A stretch of DNA of 64,000 nucleotides, from NCBI GenBank assembly GCA_964304625.1, contig OZ199838.1, forward strand, positions 8,729,904-8,793,903, read 5' to 3'. The DNA is from Kudoa neothunni (taxonomy: Eukaryota; Animalia; Cnidaria). The translations under genes and the position numbers were made by a program. Below are positions 38,965 through 51,021 of this stretch, piece after piece (the stretch's first letter is position 1; every line of letters starts with the position of its first letter). Below the pieces are notes generated by a model that searched no databases, was not told the origin of the DNA, and was given only the letters and a program-made list of their open reading frames with translations.

Positions 38965-39680
38965 TCCCAGATCGCCAAGATTACAGGAGATATGCGTAAA
39001 TTAATGATAAGCTTCAATCTAAACAAACAAACAGCAATATTTTTATTTTTACAAACCTTAATCTTTATAATTTAAATTTATTGTTGGAAAAAGTACAATT
39101 CTCCGCGTCAATTTCGGTCAATTTTAGTCAAATGCGATCATACGTAACTAAAAAAGTTGTCGTATAGTTGCTTTATTACTTTAATTAAGACTGAATATTT
39201 GAGGTTTTGAAAGAGAAACACTCATATATGTTTCATATAATAATTATTAATCCAAGTGATTTATATCCCCCAAATTAATTATGTATGTTAGAACAAAAAT
39301 TAGATTTGATAATTACGTTAGGATCAGCTAGAAATAATGGGCCAAATATTAGAGCATGGTGATATAAATTGTAGGTAGTGAGTGTAGGGTTTGTTCAACA
39401 TATGTTGGGGGTGTTTCATAATAAACGAATTTAAACATTTAACTTATTTAAATCTTTAAATATCACGTATGCTGAATAAATAAACGGATATTTATCTTTA
39501 GTCAATTTTTTAAGCTGATTTATATTTTCACAAATACATTTTTTCCTCATGGGAATGATTATGATCCTGGTATGGAAATAATCCAAATTAGTACCTACGC
39601 TCTAAATATAAATTCTTGTCCTTATACAACCAAGTTCTTTAACAAAATTTTAATATTTCTCCAAAAATTTTTATGGGCGT

Positions 39681-42600
39681 TGTAGTATATAATAAAGATT
39701 AACTATATCCAGAGTACAGTGCGTATATAGATGCTTGTGTTTTCATTGTGAATAGTGTCTCTCTGCGCTCAATACTATACTGGCGACGAGGACAATAGTA
39801 AACATGAACAACACACCGGTATTCAACGAGAAGGAGGAAGATTGGGACAGCTATTTCGAAAGAGTGTCCCTATATGCCCAGGCGAATGGATATGAGAAAG
39901 CCGTGAAAAGGAAATTGTTGTTGGCTGAAATGGACGCCAAAGTCTATGGTATCCTGAAAACATTAGCTGCATCCAAACAAGTCTCTCAGTTGGAATTAGA
40001 TGATATAAATGCGCTCTTGAGGAAAAACTTTGGCGCAAAGTCATTGGTACTCGCGGAACGCTTCGCATCTTGGAAAGCGGAGCAAGCTGAGAAGGAGGCA
40101 GTCAAAGATTACGCGATGCGTCTCAAAAAGCTCAGCACTAGCTACGATTTTGGGACATTTATAGAGGAAGCATTACGAGACAAGTTCGTCATTGGATTAA
40201 AAAGTAGCCTAGCTGCTGCCCAACGAACGCTCCTAACCGAACAAAAAGTGACCCTAGAACGGGCAGCAGACCTGGCGTGTGCGATGGAAATGGAGAAAGC
40301 CGAACAAGAGAAGATGCGACATGAAAATATCAATTCGCTGAGAAATAACAAATAGACCCCCTAAAAAGTACTATAGAAGTGGTCATAGATGTCCCTGTTG
40401 CAACGGGAGACATGGGACGATCCCCTGCAGATTCGCGAAAGCAACATGCTTTAATTGTGGCGAGACGGGGCACATCTCTAGGCCCTGCAAAAAGGTCTGA
40501 AAAGATGGAAATATCAAATCAGTCTCAGATGATAACAATATTCGTGATAATGTTTTTGATATTAATTATGTGGCTCCTATATTTTTGCGTTTACTCATTA
40601 ATTCGCACGCTATTAATATAGAAGTGGATACTGGATCACCGGTTACACTAATCAATTAAAGAAATTTTAAGCAAATAGGAGGAAGATTATCTAGCGTAAC
40701 ATCGGTTTTCAGAGGATATGATGGTTCTATAATTCGGATTAAAGGAATGTGTCTAGTCGATGTGTTATACAAAAGTAAGCAATACAAATTACCACTATAC
40801 GTCTCGGATGATGAAGGTATCAACATCACAGGAAAAGACTGGCTAAAGAGTATTGCAACAAATGGTCGTTGGAAATCAAAAAGGTCCCTTGTCCACCTAT
40901 ACGAGACATCTGTGATTGGTATAGCGAGCTGTTTTCGGATGAAATTGGAAAACTTAAAGGTATGAAAGTGTCGATTACCTTGAAAAATGATATTTTGCCT
41001 GTATTTCACAAACCCATCCAGACTAATTTCGTTGTACGAACGAGATATGGTATCAACTAAACTTGATCGTTTAGTTGAATGTCAAATACTAAAACAAGTG
41101 AAGTTTAGCAAATGGGCGCCCCTTATTGTTGCCGTGGGAAAAAAAGAACAGTGGGATTCGTATTTGTGCCGATTTTTCGATGTGATTGATATGGCAAACG
41201 CCTACCTACAATTAGAAGTTGATAATGATTCTAGAGAATTGTTGACGATAACTACACATAAAGGCCTATATTAATATCAAAGACTACCGTTTGGATTAGC
41301 ATCCGCCCTGCGAAATGGCAACGTACAATGGATGATATTAAAGGCGTTCCGAGTGTTCAATGTTATTTGGATGATATAATTATAAGTGGGAAAACTAACG
41401 AAGAGCACATGGAAATACTTGAACATGTCATGAGGTTACTGAATAACCACGATGTCAAAGTAAATGCAGTTTCCTTTTTGACTCCGTGGAATACTGCGGA
41501 TATATTATCTCAAGTGACGGTATTAAGAAAAGTTTAAAAAATATGGAGACAATCGAAAATATGGAGCGACCAGTGGATAAGAAAGGCGTTTGTACTTTCT
41601 GTGGAATGATAAATTATTACAGAAATTTTATTCCTTACTTGGCAGAGTTCATCCAACCTTTGTACGATTTACTAACTAAAAATAAAGAATTTTTCTGGGA
41701 TGAAACACATGAAAAGACTTTTAGGAAAACATAAGAAGAGCTGTTAAACGACAAAGTACTAATTCCGTTCGACCTCTCGTTGCAAATAACGTTAGCAACG
41801 GACGCATCAACAAATGGTATCGATGCAGTGTTATCTCATGTGATGGAGAATGGTAATGAAAGACCGATTATTTTTGTTTCAAGATCTCTTTCAAAAAGTG
41901 AGCAGAATTACTCCAACTTTGAGAGAAAAGGTCTGGCCATTGTGTGGGTAGTTAAAAAATTGAATCATTATTTGGAAGACAGACGCTTCTCATTAATAAC
42001 AGATCACAAACCATTATTAGGTATCTTCAACTCGAATACGAGAATCCCTAAGATTGCCGTTTCAAGAATACAGAGAGGTGCTGTGATACTTTCGGGATAC
42101 CAATTCCAAATGAAATATAAGGCGGGTAATGTCAACTTACCTGCCGACTGTCTTTCACACCTTCATACGCAAAATGGAAATGGAATGATAGCGTCTAATG
42201 ATAATTTGATTTACGATGCAATCTTTATCAAATCTGTTTCTAGTCAAATAGATAGTGCATTTCCACCTCAGAAGATCAAACACGAAACTGAAAATGATAA
42301 TATCCTCAAGAGTGTGCTGGAGAATTATGAAAAGGGATGGAGACAAAAAGTAGACGCGCGATTAATTCCTTTCAAAGAAAGGAAGGACGAGATATCCTGC
42401 ATAGAGGGCGTATTCTGCGTGGGCGAAAGACTTAATATTCTCGAAAAGTTAAGACCGAAGATTCTGCAACGGTTACATAATGGTCATTTGGGTATCACGA
42501 GAACGAAGGCTCTGGCAATGAGTTATGTATGATGGCCCCGAATTGACCTAGACATAGAGAGACTCATATTTGACTGTAAAAGTCGTCAAGAAGGGAAGCG

Positions 42601-43659
42601 TCATATGCCCCCAAAGAGCCCAGCACATCAGTGGGAAAAGTGCTCTGGGCCAACGGAGTGAATACACATTGATTTTGAAGGACCTATTAATCAACAATAT
42701 TTCTTGATCATGGTGGATTCATTCTCTAAATGGCCCGAAGTAATTATGATGGAAACAACCAATAGCGTCGAATTGGTAAGAGTTTTAAGAACATTGTTTG
42801 CGAGACTTGGAATTCCGGAAATGTTGGTGTCAGATAACGGTCCACAGTTTACATCTAAAGAGATAGCTCAATTTGTGAGTGAAAATGATATATCTCACAG
42901 ATTTATATTCCCATACCATCCTGCGACGAATGGACTAGCCGAAAGGTTCGTGCAAACATTCAAAGGATGTCTAGACAAGACTAACGAGGATCCTCAAAAA
43001 TGTATAGACAGATTCTTACTCCACTATAGAAATACACCACACAGTACAACTCAAAAGGAACCTGCGGTGCTGATGATTGGTCGAAAAATAAGGTCTTATT
43101 TTGATACGTTGAAGCCAATAAGGAGGAAGTGATTAACAGGACGAAGAGAAGGCCCCAGAATTCTGAATATGAATGATACGATTTCGATCCGAAATTTTGG
43201 TAAGGGTGCAAAATGGCTTAGAGGTAAAGTAGTTGGAATTGTGACACCACTAACCCACATGGTGGAGTTTATGGATGTTACCTTAAACGGCATATTGATC
43301 ATCTTGTCAAATTATCAACAGGTCAGTACTTTAAATTAAGCAGAGTTTCAATAGATGATGATGTCGTGGAAATAGAAGATCTTGGCCTGGTTCCCGACTA
43401 GAGAATGCCACCGTAGAAGAGAATAATGAACACAATGACTTGGAGGTCATTCCAAATCCAAACGTTGTTGAAGAACCTAATGTTAGAAAATCAAGCATTG
43501 TGACAAAGAAGCCCGGGTGGCTAGATATGTTCACCTCTTAAATCCCCGGGAAGCAAGGAGTGTAATATATAATAAGGATTAACTATATCCAGGGTACGGT
43601 GCGCATATATACGCTTGTGTTTTTATTTTGAATAGTGTTTCTCTGCGCTCATTACTACA
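39681..43659 (+). mobile_element. Ty3/Gypsy (Mag-like) LTR retrotransposon, full-length but decayed
   Basis: 99-bp LTRs 39681..39779 and 43561..43659 (12 differences by eye); TSD GGCGT/GGTGT; PBS TGGCGACGAGG; PPT GGGGAAGCAAGGAG; gag, protease (VDTGS), RT (YLDD), RNase H (TDAS), integrase (SDNGPQF, NGLAERFV). Confidence 0.95.
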
Positions 43660-43765
43660 GGTGTAATACAAAATTCAGTCCTCATTCTGGTTAAAATACA
43701 CTCAATAGGGCTCCAATTAGGAATAATCGTACACAATCGGAAAATTACAACAATGAGAGTTTTCC

Positions 43766-44580
43766 TTTTTTTTTGTTTACAAGTTAAAACCCCTGGCGCA
43801 ACTTATTAGGTTGTGGAATTCTGGTTGGTCAGACCTCTTCTATTAACGCTTTAGGCACCGCAGGACGTAACATGAAACCCCGCCCCTTATCTATATGCGG
43901 TACCGTGGGACTTTAACCCACTAAACATCCTCGTCTCAGGGCGACCACCACCCAAAACCCTATCCTTTAAAAAACGTTGGCTCTGTGAGGGCTGCAAATT
44001 ACTTTCCTTTCACTAGGTTCCGGAGATTCAAACCCCTAATCACGCCCACCCCACTCCACAACGAGCGTATACTTTAACCACAGCTCCCAAATATGGGATG
44101 GAGACCCACCGACATGGAAGCAGTAATCTGACCACCGGCGGATTCGAACCCATTACTGTTGGGTCTCCGACTTCTCCAGTTTAGTGCGGGAAACATTCGG
44201 GCGGCCGCGGGGTCAGCACTTACAAACTGTTCCCCTCAGAATCCAAACCGTGTTTGACCCCGGGTTCTCCACCACGACAGCTCTAGTCTTAGACCTACGA
44301 GTTGCTTACGGAGCTTTTGGGTCTAAGCCGAACGTAGGAGACCGGGCGAGGAGAATCCCGTTTCGTTCGGAAGCGGAGGCGCGCCCGACCATTTTGGAGA
44401 CCCGGAAAAGCTCGGAATCACCAGCCCCTCACCCTATATAAACCACCTCGTGATTAGAGTAGATTGTCTTGTTTATTTCTTACTCGAGTTTCCCCTTTTT
44501 TTTGCATTTTTGGCGCGACATTTCAATTACCTCGTGGTCCTGAGCCCGAGTGACACACCGATGTGCTATCTGTCCTCGGC
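43766..44580 (-). mobile_element. tRNA-derived SINE, copy 2, full length with A-tail and TSD
   Basis: A box TAGCACATCGG, B box GGTTCGAATCC, T-run at 43766 (A-tail on minus strand), 13-bp TSD ATGAGAGTTTTCC at 43753..43765 and 44584..44596. Confidence 0.9.
44157..44525. mobile_element. Solo LTR (369 bp) inserted in the SINE head
   Basis: TG...CA ends, 5-bp TSD ATTAC (44152..44156, 44526..44530); absent from SINE copy 1; TATATAAA at ~44435. Confidence 0.85.
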
Positions 44581-44639
44581 TATATGAGAGTTTTCCGTGA
44601 CTTGGTGACGGTTGATTCAATAACGATAATTTATTTCAG

Positions 44640-45351
44640 CTAATTTAGAAACAATGTGGAATTTAAAATTAATGTTTTACATAAACTCGGCTTATTACCG
44701 ACGAGCAAAATAATGTTAATGTGGTGTAACTATGGCGCTAATTTCGCATAAACAACTTGGCGACAACTATATCTTCAGTTGTCCGACTTGTAAAAGAAAA
44801 TAGTCCATTAGAAATGGAACTAATTTTAAAAGTTAGAGACTATCTATCTTTATGGAAAATTTTCTTGTTTTTCGTCCTTAATATACAATTCAAGAATGTA
44901 GCCTACGAAAAGATACAAAAACTCATACAATTGACTTCCCGCACAACTATTCTTAATCTCATAGAATTTATTGGGAGTTTTATAACTCTGAAAAGTATTG
45001 ATAGGTTCGAAAAAATTGGTGGGGAAGGAGTGATAGTCCAAATCAATGTGTCGTAACTAAGAGAAAGTACAATGTAAGCCTTCCCCTAAAGAGTCAACAG
45101 TACTGGATTGGTGGTGTAATTGATGAGAATGGAAAATGCTTTTTTTTCTTAAACAAAAGAGGAACTGAAAAATACTTGAAGATACAATCTTGAGGCACGT
45201 GAAGAGAGGTCCACAATTCGGGTCGATAGTCGGAGAGGTTGTTCTGATTTAAAAAATTTATCGTTTCTTCATGTAACAGTAACTCACAATCAAAACTTCA
45301 TTTTTGAATCTGGCATTCAAAAAAACAGGACTGAACGTATCTGGGGTATCT
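44640..45351 (+). pseudogene. Merlin (IS1016/ISXO2-like) DDE transposase remnant
   Basis: KIGGEGVIVQI, RKYNV, YWIGGVI, HVTVTHNQNF, ERIWG in broken frames. Confidence 0.75.
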
Positions 45352-45355
45352 TTAA

Positions 45356-45950
45356 CCCCTCCCCGAACCAACAGATTTGAAAAACCGTGTATGCCCAAGC
45401 GGGGTCTCGCGAGACCCCAATATAAATAGAACTTAAACTTAATTAAATTACATCAAACTCGTACACTTAAAAGTAAACATAATAATGAACTGATTGATGT
45501 TATAATTATTATGTAATTTCTTGGCTGTCAATAAATATTTAAATTTTTGCGATTCGGCAGGTAACGAAGGTTACACTTGAATGAGCATATTATATATTTT
45601 GATGTATGCACATATTGTTAATGCACGAACAATTTAATTGTCCAAAGAAACTAAAGGCATTATGGAACCAATAATTAGAAAATAAGTGAGGCAAAATATT
45701 ACACAACACTCGCACGTTTAACCTGTAACACTCGACTGCCACATGGCGGTGAAGGACTTATCTTAAGATTAAGAAGTTCAACATATCTGTTAAATTAAAC
45801 GAATTTCATTATAGTTAAAGTGCACATTTAGTTCAAAATTAAATATTCTGGCACATGTGTCGACGGTATTGTATTCGGGATTTTGTACCAAAATTAGATG
45901 TTACCATAATTAACTGAGTACTTCCTATCGATATTCTTTTATTTTATTAT
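45356..45950. mobile_element. piggyBac end fragment truncating the Merlin remnant
   Basis: TTAA|CCCCT start and palindrome GGGGTCTCGCGAGACCCC at ~45401; far end not found. Confidence 0.5.
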
Positions 45951-46220
45951 GAACATTCGTGAAAGAATCGACGAAAAAAAAGATTCATAGAAGGGTGTTC
46001 TTTAGGTACCACATCCTGTCCTATTACCAATTTTTAAGGTCCATTGATAAATTAAGTTAGATCTAATCGAATACATTTTAATGAAACAAAGGTATATATT
46101 AATTTTTTCTAATTTTAATGTGATAGGGAGTTTTATTCAATGTTATAAACCGTTCAAATTAAAAAAATCAATACTTTTGAAAAGATGGGCGCAATAAAGA
46201 AAAGGTTGGGAAACATTTCC

Positions 46221-47221
46221 TTAAGTTTAATATTCAAATCGATATATAATTTTTTCCCGGTAAAAATAATTCATCATGATATAAACGCTACATAAAAATA
46301 TGCGACACCGCATTCTATACGTAGTTTAAGAATTTATATTAACGATTACTTTTGCACAAAATACAGTCCCTTCTCAATACGTGTCATGTAAGTTAATAAG
46401 AAATCATTGGTCTATTCGATCTAACTGATATTTTCACAAAGTTTTCGTTAATCTACGAATAGTTCAATACGAAGGAATTTGTTTAGAGCAATCAAAAAGT
46501 ACGTTATTTTTTAAAAGGGTGCATTCCTTCAAGAAAACCAGTTGATGTTTAAGCATTACTGTAATTTTTCAAACCAAAAACACCTTTCCATTTTTGATTT
46601 AATCGTATTTTGTTAATTAAATGCGTATATTTTTGAACCAGTAAATATTCTTGATAAAAAGCAAGGTTGGATTTATTTATACATCGTGAAATTTTATTAC
46701 AATAGTGAACACGTAAGTTACCGCTCACAGCTTTTAAAAAATCATTGGCATCATTATAAAATTGCGAAAAAAGGAGTAACAATTAATATTTTTGTTTCTG
46801 ACGCACCTTAGGTTGATTTTATTTTTTTATCGTTTGTAGACTAATAATAAATTTTATAACTAGAAGGATTAATTTTTATCGCATAATTTTGAAAAGAATT
46901 GAAAGTCCTATTTAAGTTACTCAATGGTTTTGTTTCATAAATAACTGAACTTTAATCGCTAGTTACATTTCTCTTAAAATTAAGGTCATCATAGGTTTGG
47001 TCAATAATTTGTAAAATAAACTTAAAAAATACTCAATTATTTCTCTCCATACCTCTATTAATATTTGAATGGAAAGTGTGCGCATATTTTCGTTTATCTA
47101 AGTCATCACATTGCAAAAATGATGATAAGCTTTAAAATGCATAAATTAAAATAGAAAAATAAAGCTAGAAGTTAAAATTTTCCATCACATAATACCAGGC
47201 AAAGCTGGGCATTAGCGCTAG
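46221..47221 (+). mobile_element. Non-autonomous Helitron, copy 3 (5'-truncated, short 3' end)
   Basis: Very similar to 32340..33400; ends CCAGGCAAAGCTGGGCATTAGCGCTAG|T. Confidence 0.85.
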
Positions 47222-48282
47222 TCAAAAATATGCGTTAAATATTACACAACGAAATATGTACAAATTTTATCAATAATAAGAGTATTAGATTTTAAGATAA
47301 TACAATAACATTACTAGATGCGGATTCATATGTGGGCAAATCTATAGGATCCGGAAATCAGAATATCAGTGTCGATGGTTGATCACATTATCAATGAATA
47401 GAAGGATATTTTAGATTAGTTTTAATCATTGCATTAAAAAAATGAGAAAATTTTTCAATATTTCTGGCGTAATCAAAACTTTTTTGTTCGAAATGTGACT
47501 TAATGTGATGCATCAAAATTTTCGAATCGTGATGACTTTATAGACCTACTAATTAATAGTGGCTTCAATTTCAGCTCGCGGATAAATTTGCAGAAAAGAT
47601 AATTGAAACTCAGCCTGCTATATATTTTACTCAGATTCATGAAAATTTGAATATGTTTTGTTGGGACCAAGGTGCTAAAAACTCATTTCATTGACACTGT
47701 GAGTGTTAAATAAAGAAGAATATTGAAGAGCGATTTTAGTTTAGCGATGACGATTTGACATATTCAAATGCGGCTTATCTAAATTCGCCACGCAATTTGA
47801 TTGATTTTACTCGATAACATTCTCTGGTTCCATCAAGAAATCCTTATGAAATAGAAATGCCTCTATTACAAAACCTTCCTCTAGGTTTTAGAATAACACT
47901 GTGTTTTTTAGAGTGCATAATCAAAAGATAATATTCTCAAACAAAGTTTAATGTTTATCAGATATGTATACAAATAAATTTTTGAATATATCAGAACTTT
48001 ATGTTTTAATCGTATAATATATTTTTAAGCTGGAAATCTATGAAAAAATAACTTATATACATTTTATTAAATTAAATGCATTACTATTATTTATATTACA
48101 CTGTATAAATTTCACCGTCATAAGTTTACTTTTATTCGGAATAATGATCAAATAGTTGTTACGATTTCCGGATAATCAAACATTATTATCGACATGTCAT
48201 TTCAATAAAATCCAAATAAAATTTAACATATCTTCCAGAGAGCTAGATTTTCAGATAATCGAGGTTTGACTGTATATTATTG

Positions 48283-49221
48283 CAGTGGTTCTTAACTTTT
48301 CTTGCTTGCGGACCCCTAGTGTGTTTAATGGGTTTGGCGCAAATCCCATTATGTTTTTGTATATAACCTGAACATACATACAAATATTTTAACTTAAATT
48401 ACTTACCCATTATTCCCAATTTAATTAAAATATATATCATGTAAATTAATTATGTAATAATTATGTAGTAAAATATATATTAATAATTAAGCAACGAATT
48501 ATTTTGGGTATTAATAGAATTAATAATGAAAATTTTCCCAGTAATTTTTTTAAAAATTATTAAAATAATAACAAAGTATAGAAAATGACTTATAATATAT
48601 TATAATAAAATTTATTGAATCAATACATACATATATATACATTTAAAAGTAAGACCCATACAAAAATTTAAAGTGAAAGATGCTCTTGAAATAACTGAAA
48701 TATTTTTGCAACAAGAAATCACTATTTACATTAATGGTTGTGTTTATTAGAATAATGCGTTAGCAAAGGAGGAATTATTATAGAATAGAATTCGAGTTTA
48801 ATGCAAACAACATATTCCTTATGTAAATAATTAACATTAAAAGTATATATATAACGAGATTTGTGTAGTCGTTTTTATCAAAAATTTCACTGAAGTTTGA
48901 CAAAGTATTTGAACGAGCGACATGTAATTGATTTAGCGGAATTGTTTTGATGATAACCAGCGTGATAAACCTAGACTCGCAAAAATGGGTTGTTGTAAAG
49001 GATTATTCACTTTAATTGCATAATCTGCAACTCCATCAAATATTTTTCGGAAATTTTCTTATAAATAAAAGTATTTATACGAAACATTAGCGCAAAAGAA
49101 TATTCAATATTTTTAATAATTCGCTATTATTAAAAGGCACCCAATTATAATGAATGTATGTTGAAAAAATTGGATTCGAATTTTATTGAAACCACCCACG
49201 GACTCAGGTTAAGAACGGCTG
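48283..49221 (-). mobile_element. hAT (Charlie/Buster-type) deletion derivative
   Basis: TIRs CAGTGGTTCTTAAC / GTTAAGAACGGCTG; remnant TTHFCESRFITLVIIKT (cf. TTYLCESGFS); TSD not conserved. Confidence 0.7.
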
Positions 49222-49454
49222 CTATAACGAATAACGGGAACATCGAAGGTCGTAATTTAAGTTGGACAATTTATTACGACTTGTTCATATTTAAGATCAA
49301 TCTTTCCTCTCAATGACATTTAATAGTTATGCTGATATTTGCAGAAGACAAAAATATTTTAGGATTCGTAAGCGACGCGAGAAAGACTTAAATGCATAGC
49401 GGAACGTACTAGGTGCGCCTGCGTGCAACCTCTAAGTCTCAAAATTTGGTTAAT

Positions 49455-50444
49455 ATGGTAGTTATTGTAATATGTGGATATCCTAGTACAGGAAAATCAA
49501 CTGTAGCCAAACAGATTTATGATCACTATAGCGTTAATAACAAAGTTTTCCTAATATGTGAGCATGCCAATAGTAAGGATAATAAAAATGAGGTTTACGT
49601 GGACCGTAAGAAAGAGCTTGGATTACGATCTGTAATCAAATCTAAAGTAAGTAACGCAATATCATCGTATGATATTGTGATAGTTGATGCGATGAATCAT
49701 ATAAAAAGTCTTCGTTATGAAATTTTTTGTTTGTGCAAGGAACAATCAACCAATCAAGTAAAATAATTTTTGATAAAACATTTATTAATTTGTGTGCGTA
49801 TTAATGAAATAAATTAGGTATTAGTAATGCCAGCATGTACAAAAGATAAAAGTATTTTATACAACAATGAACGACCTAAGGCTGAAAAGTATGAAAATGA
49901 TGTTCTAAACACAATTTGGGAATGTTTTGAGGCGCCTAATCCGACCAACAGATGGGATAGCCCATTTGTGATTGTGGAAGATGTAAATAATGTAAATTTT
50001 GATGAGATTGACCAGGCAATGGTTAATAAAAATCGGAAACTCAAACCAAACGATTCAACTAAACCATTAGCCCAAATAGGAGATGATTACCTTGGTCAGG
50101 TGAATGAAATAACTCAAGTAATTTTGATTACAAATCAAATTTTTTGAGTTTATTATTTTGGGATCATGCGTGTTCTAAATGCGGTTCATTCAAACAATAG
50201 ACTTAGCTTGTTGACATTTTCTAACAGTTTTCTGTAGAGAATTACCAACGACATCAATAAAAACATAATACAAAGGAGTATGCACCTAATGAATGATAAA
50301 CTCAAAATCAACTCAAATATATCGCATGCGGAGTTGCAACGAATTCGGCGCACGTTTTTAACCTATATCAAAACTAATCCAGTCCAAGATATAACGACGG
50401 TGGAAAACATGTTCTATGGTTATATCAATAGAAATATAAAATAG
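49455..50444 (+). CDS. KTI12: KTI12 (Elongator-associated ATPase), 3 exons
   Basis: P-loop GYPSTGKST, IVDAMNHIKSLRYEIFC, FEAPNPTNRWDSPF, AELQRIRRTFLTY; introns 49758..49818 and 50118..~50237. Confidence 0.92.
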
Positions 50445-50446
50445 AA

Positions 50447-51021
50447 TTATTTTGTATCGTCATTGGGGTCATTTGTATTTCGAATAATTTGTTGTTTCAA
50501 TTTTTTCTCCAGTTTTTCGAACTCAGTGACTCTTATATCGGTTGGATCCTCTTCAGCCTATACAATGATATACATGTAAAAATAAATTGAAAAATTAAAC
50601 ATATTTTAGTTGAAGTCAAACGACGCATGTGCCAAAAAAGCGCAGTATGTTTAGGAAGTGACTATTGACGCGGTAAATAATATTCAGATGTCATTAGTTT
50701 TGACTATATTCGGTTATTTCCGACCTTAAGAGCTAGGGAATAGGCTAGAACTGATTTAAATTTAGCAAAATATAAACTAATAAATCTCTGGACAGCTTTT
50801 TAGTAAGAGCTGATGGGATTAAAAATAGTCCAATACACAAGCGTACATTCCGTTTAGGATTAGAATTTATCCAGCAAATAGCCCCTGCTATAATTAAACC
50901 AATATATAACCTTAAAATAAATAGGAATTTGGCTTCCAAGTTAAGGGATAAAATTGGATTTTTTATACAAGGCTGAGGAGGTAAATTTGAAAAAAAAGAT
51001 TGAGAACCTTGTTCTTATACA
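50447..51021 (-). CDS. Possible small multi-exon gene of unknown function convergent with KTI12
   Basis: Acceptor-led open exon AEEDPTDIRVTEFEKLEKKLKQQIIRNTNDPNDDTK-stop (50447..50557) and a hydrophobic stretch LYIGLIIAGAICW upstream; no unique splice path could be built. Confidence 0.4.

Noticed and set aside
44184-44441. 85-aa ORF, and similar short ORFs at 7008, 34099, 46549 and antisense to transposases
   Set aside because: Lie in non-coding repeats or are shadows of real coding strands.
48250-48274. pogo-like right TIR GATAATCGAGGTTTGACTG|TA
   Set aside because: Matching left TIR not found, so no element could be delimited.
50601-50661. Minus-strand CVV-TGA, a possible CxxU selenoprotein motif leading in frame to the AEEDP exon
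   Set aside because: No match to known selenoprotein families, no SECIS identified, and alternative splice paths avoid the TGA.
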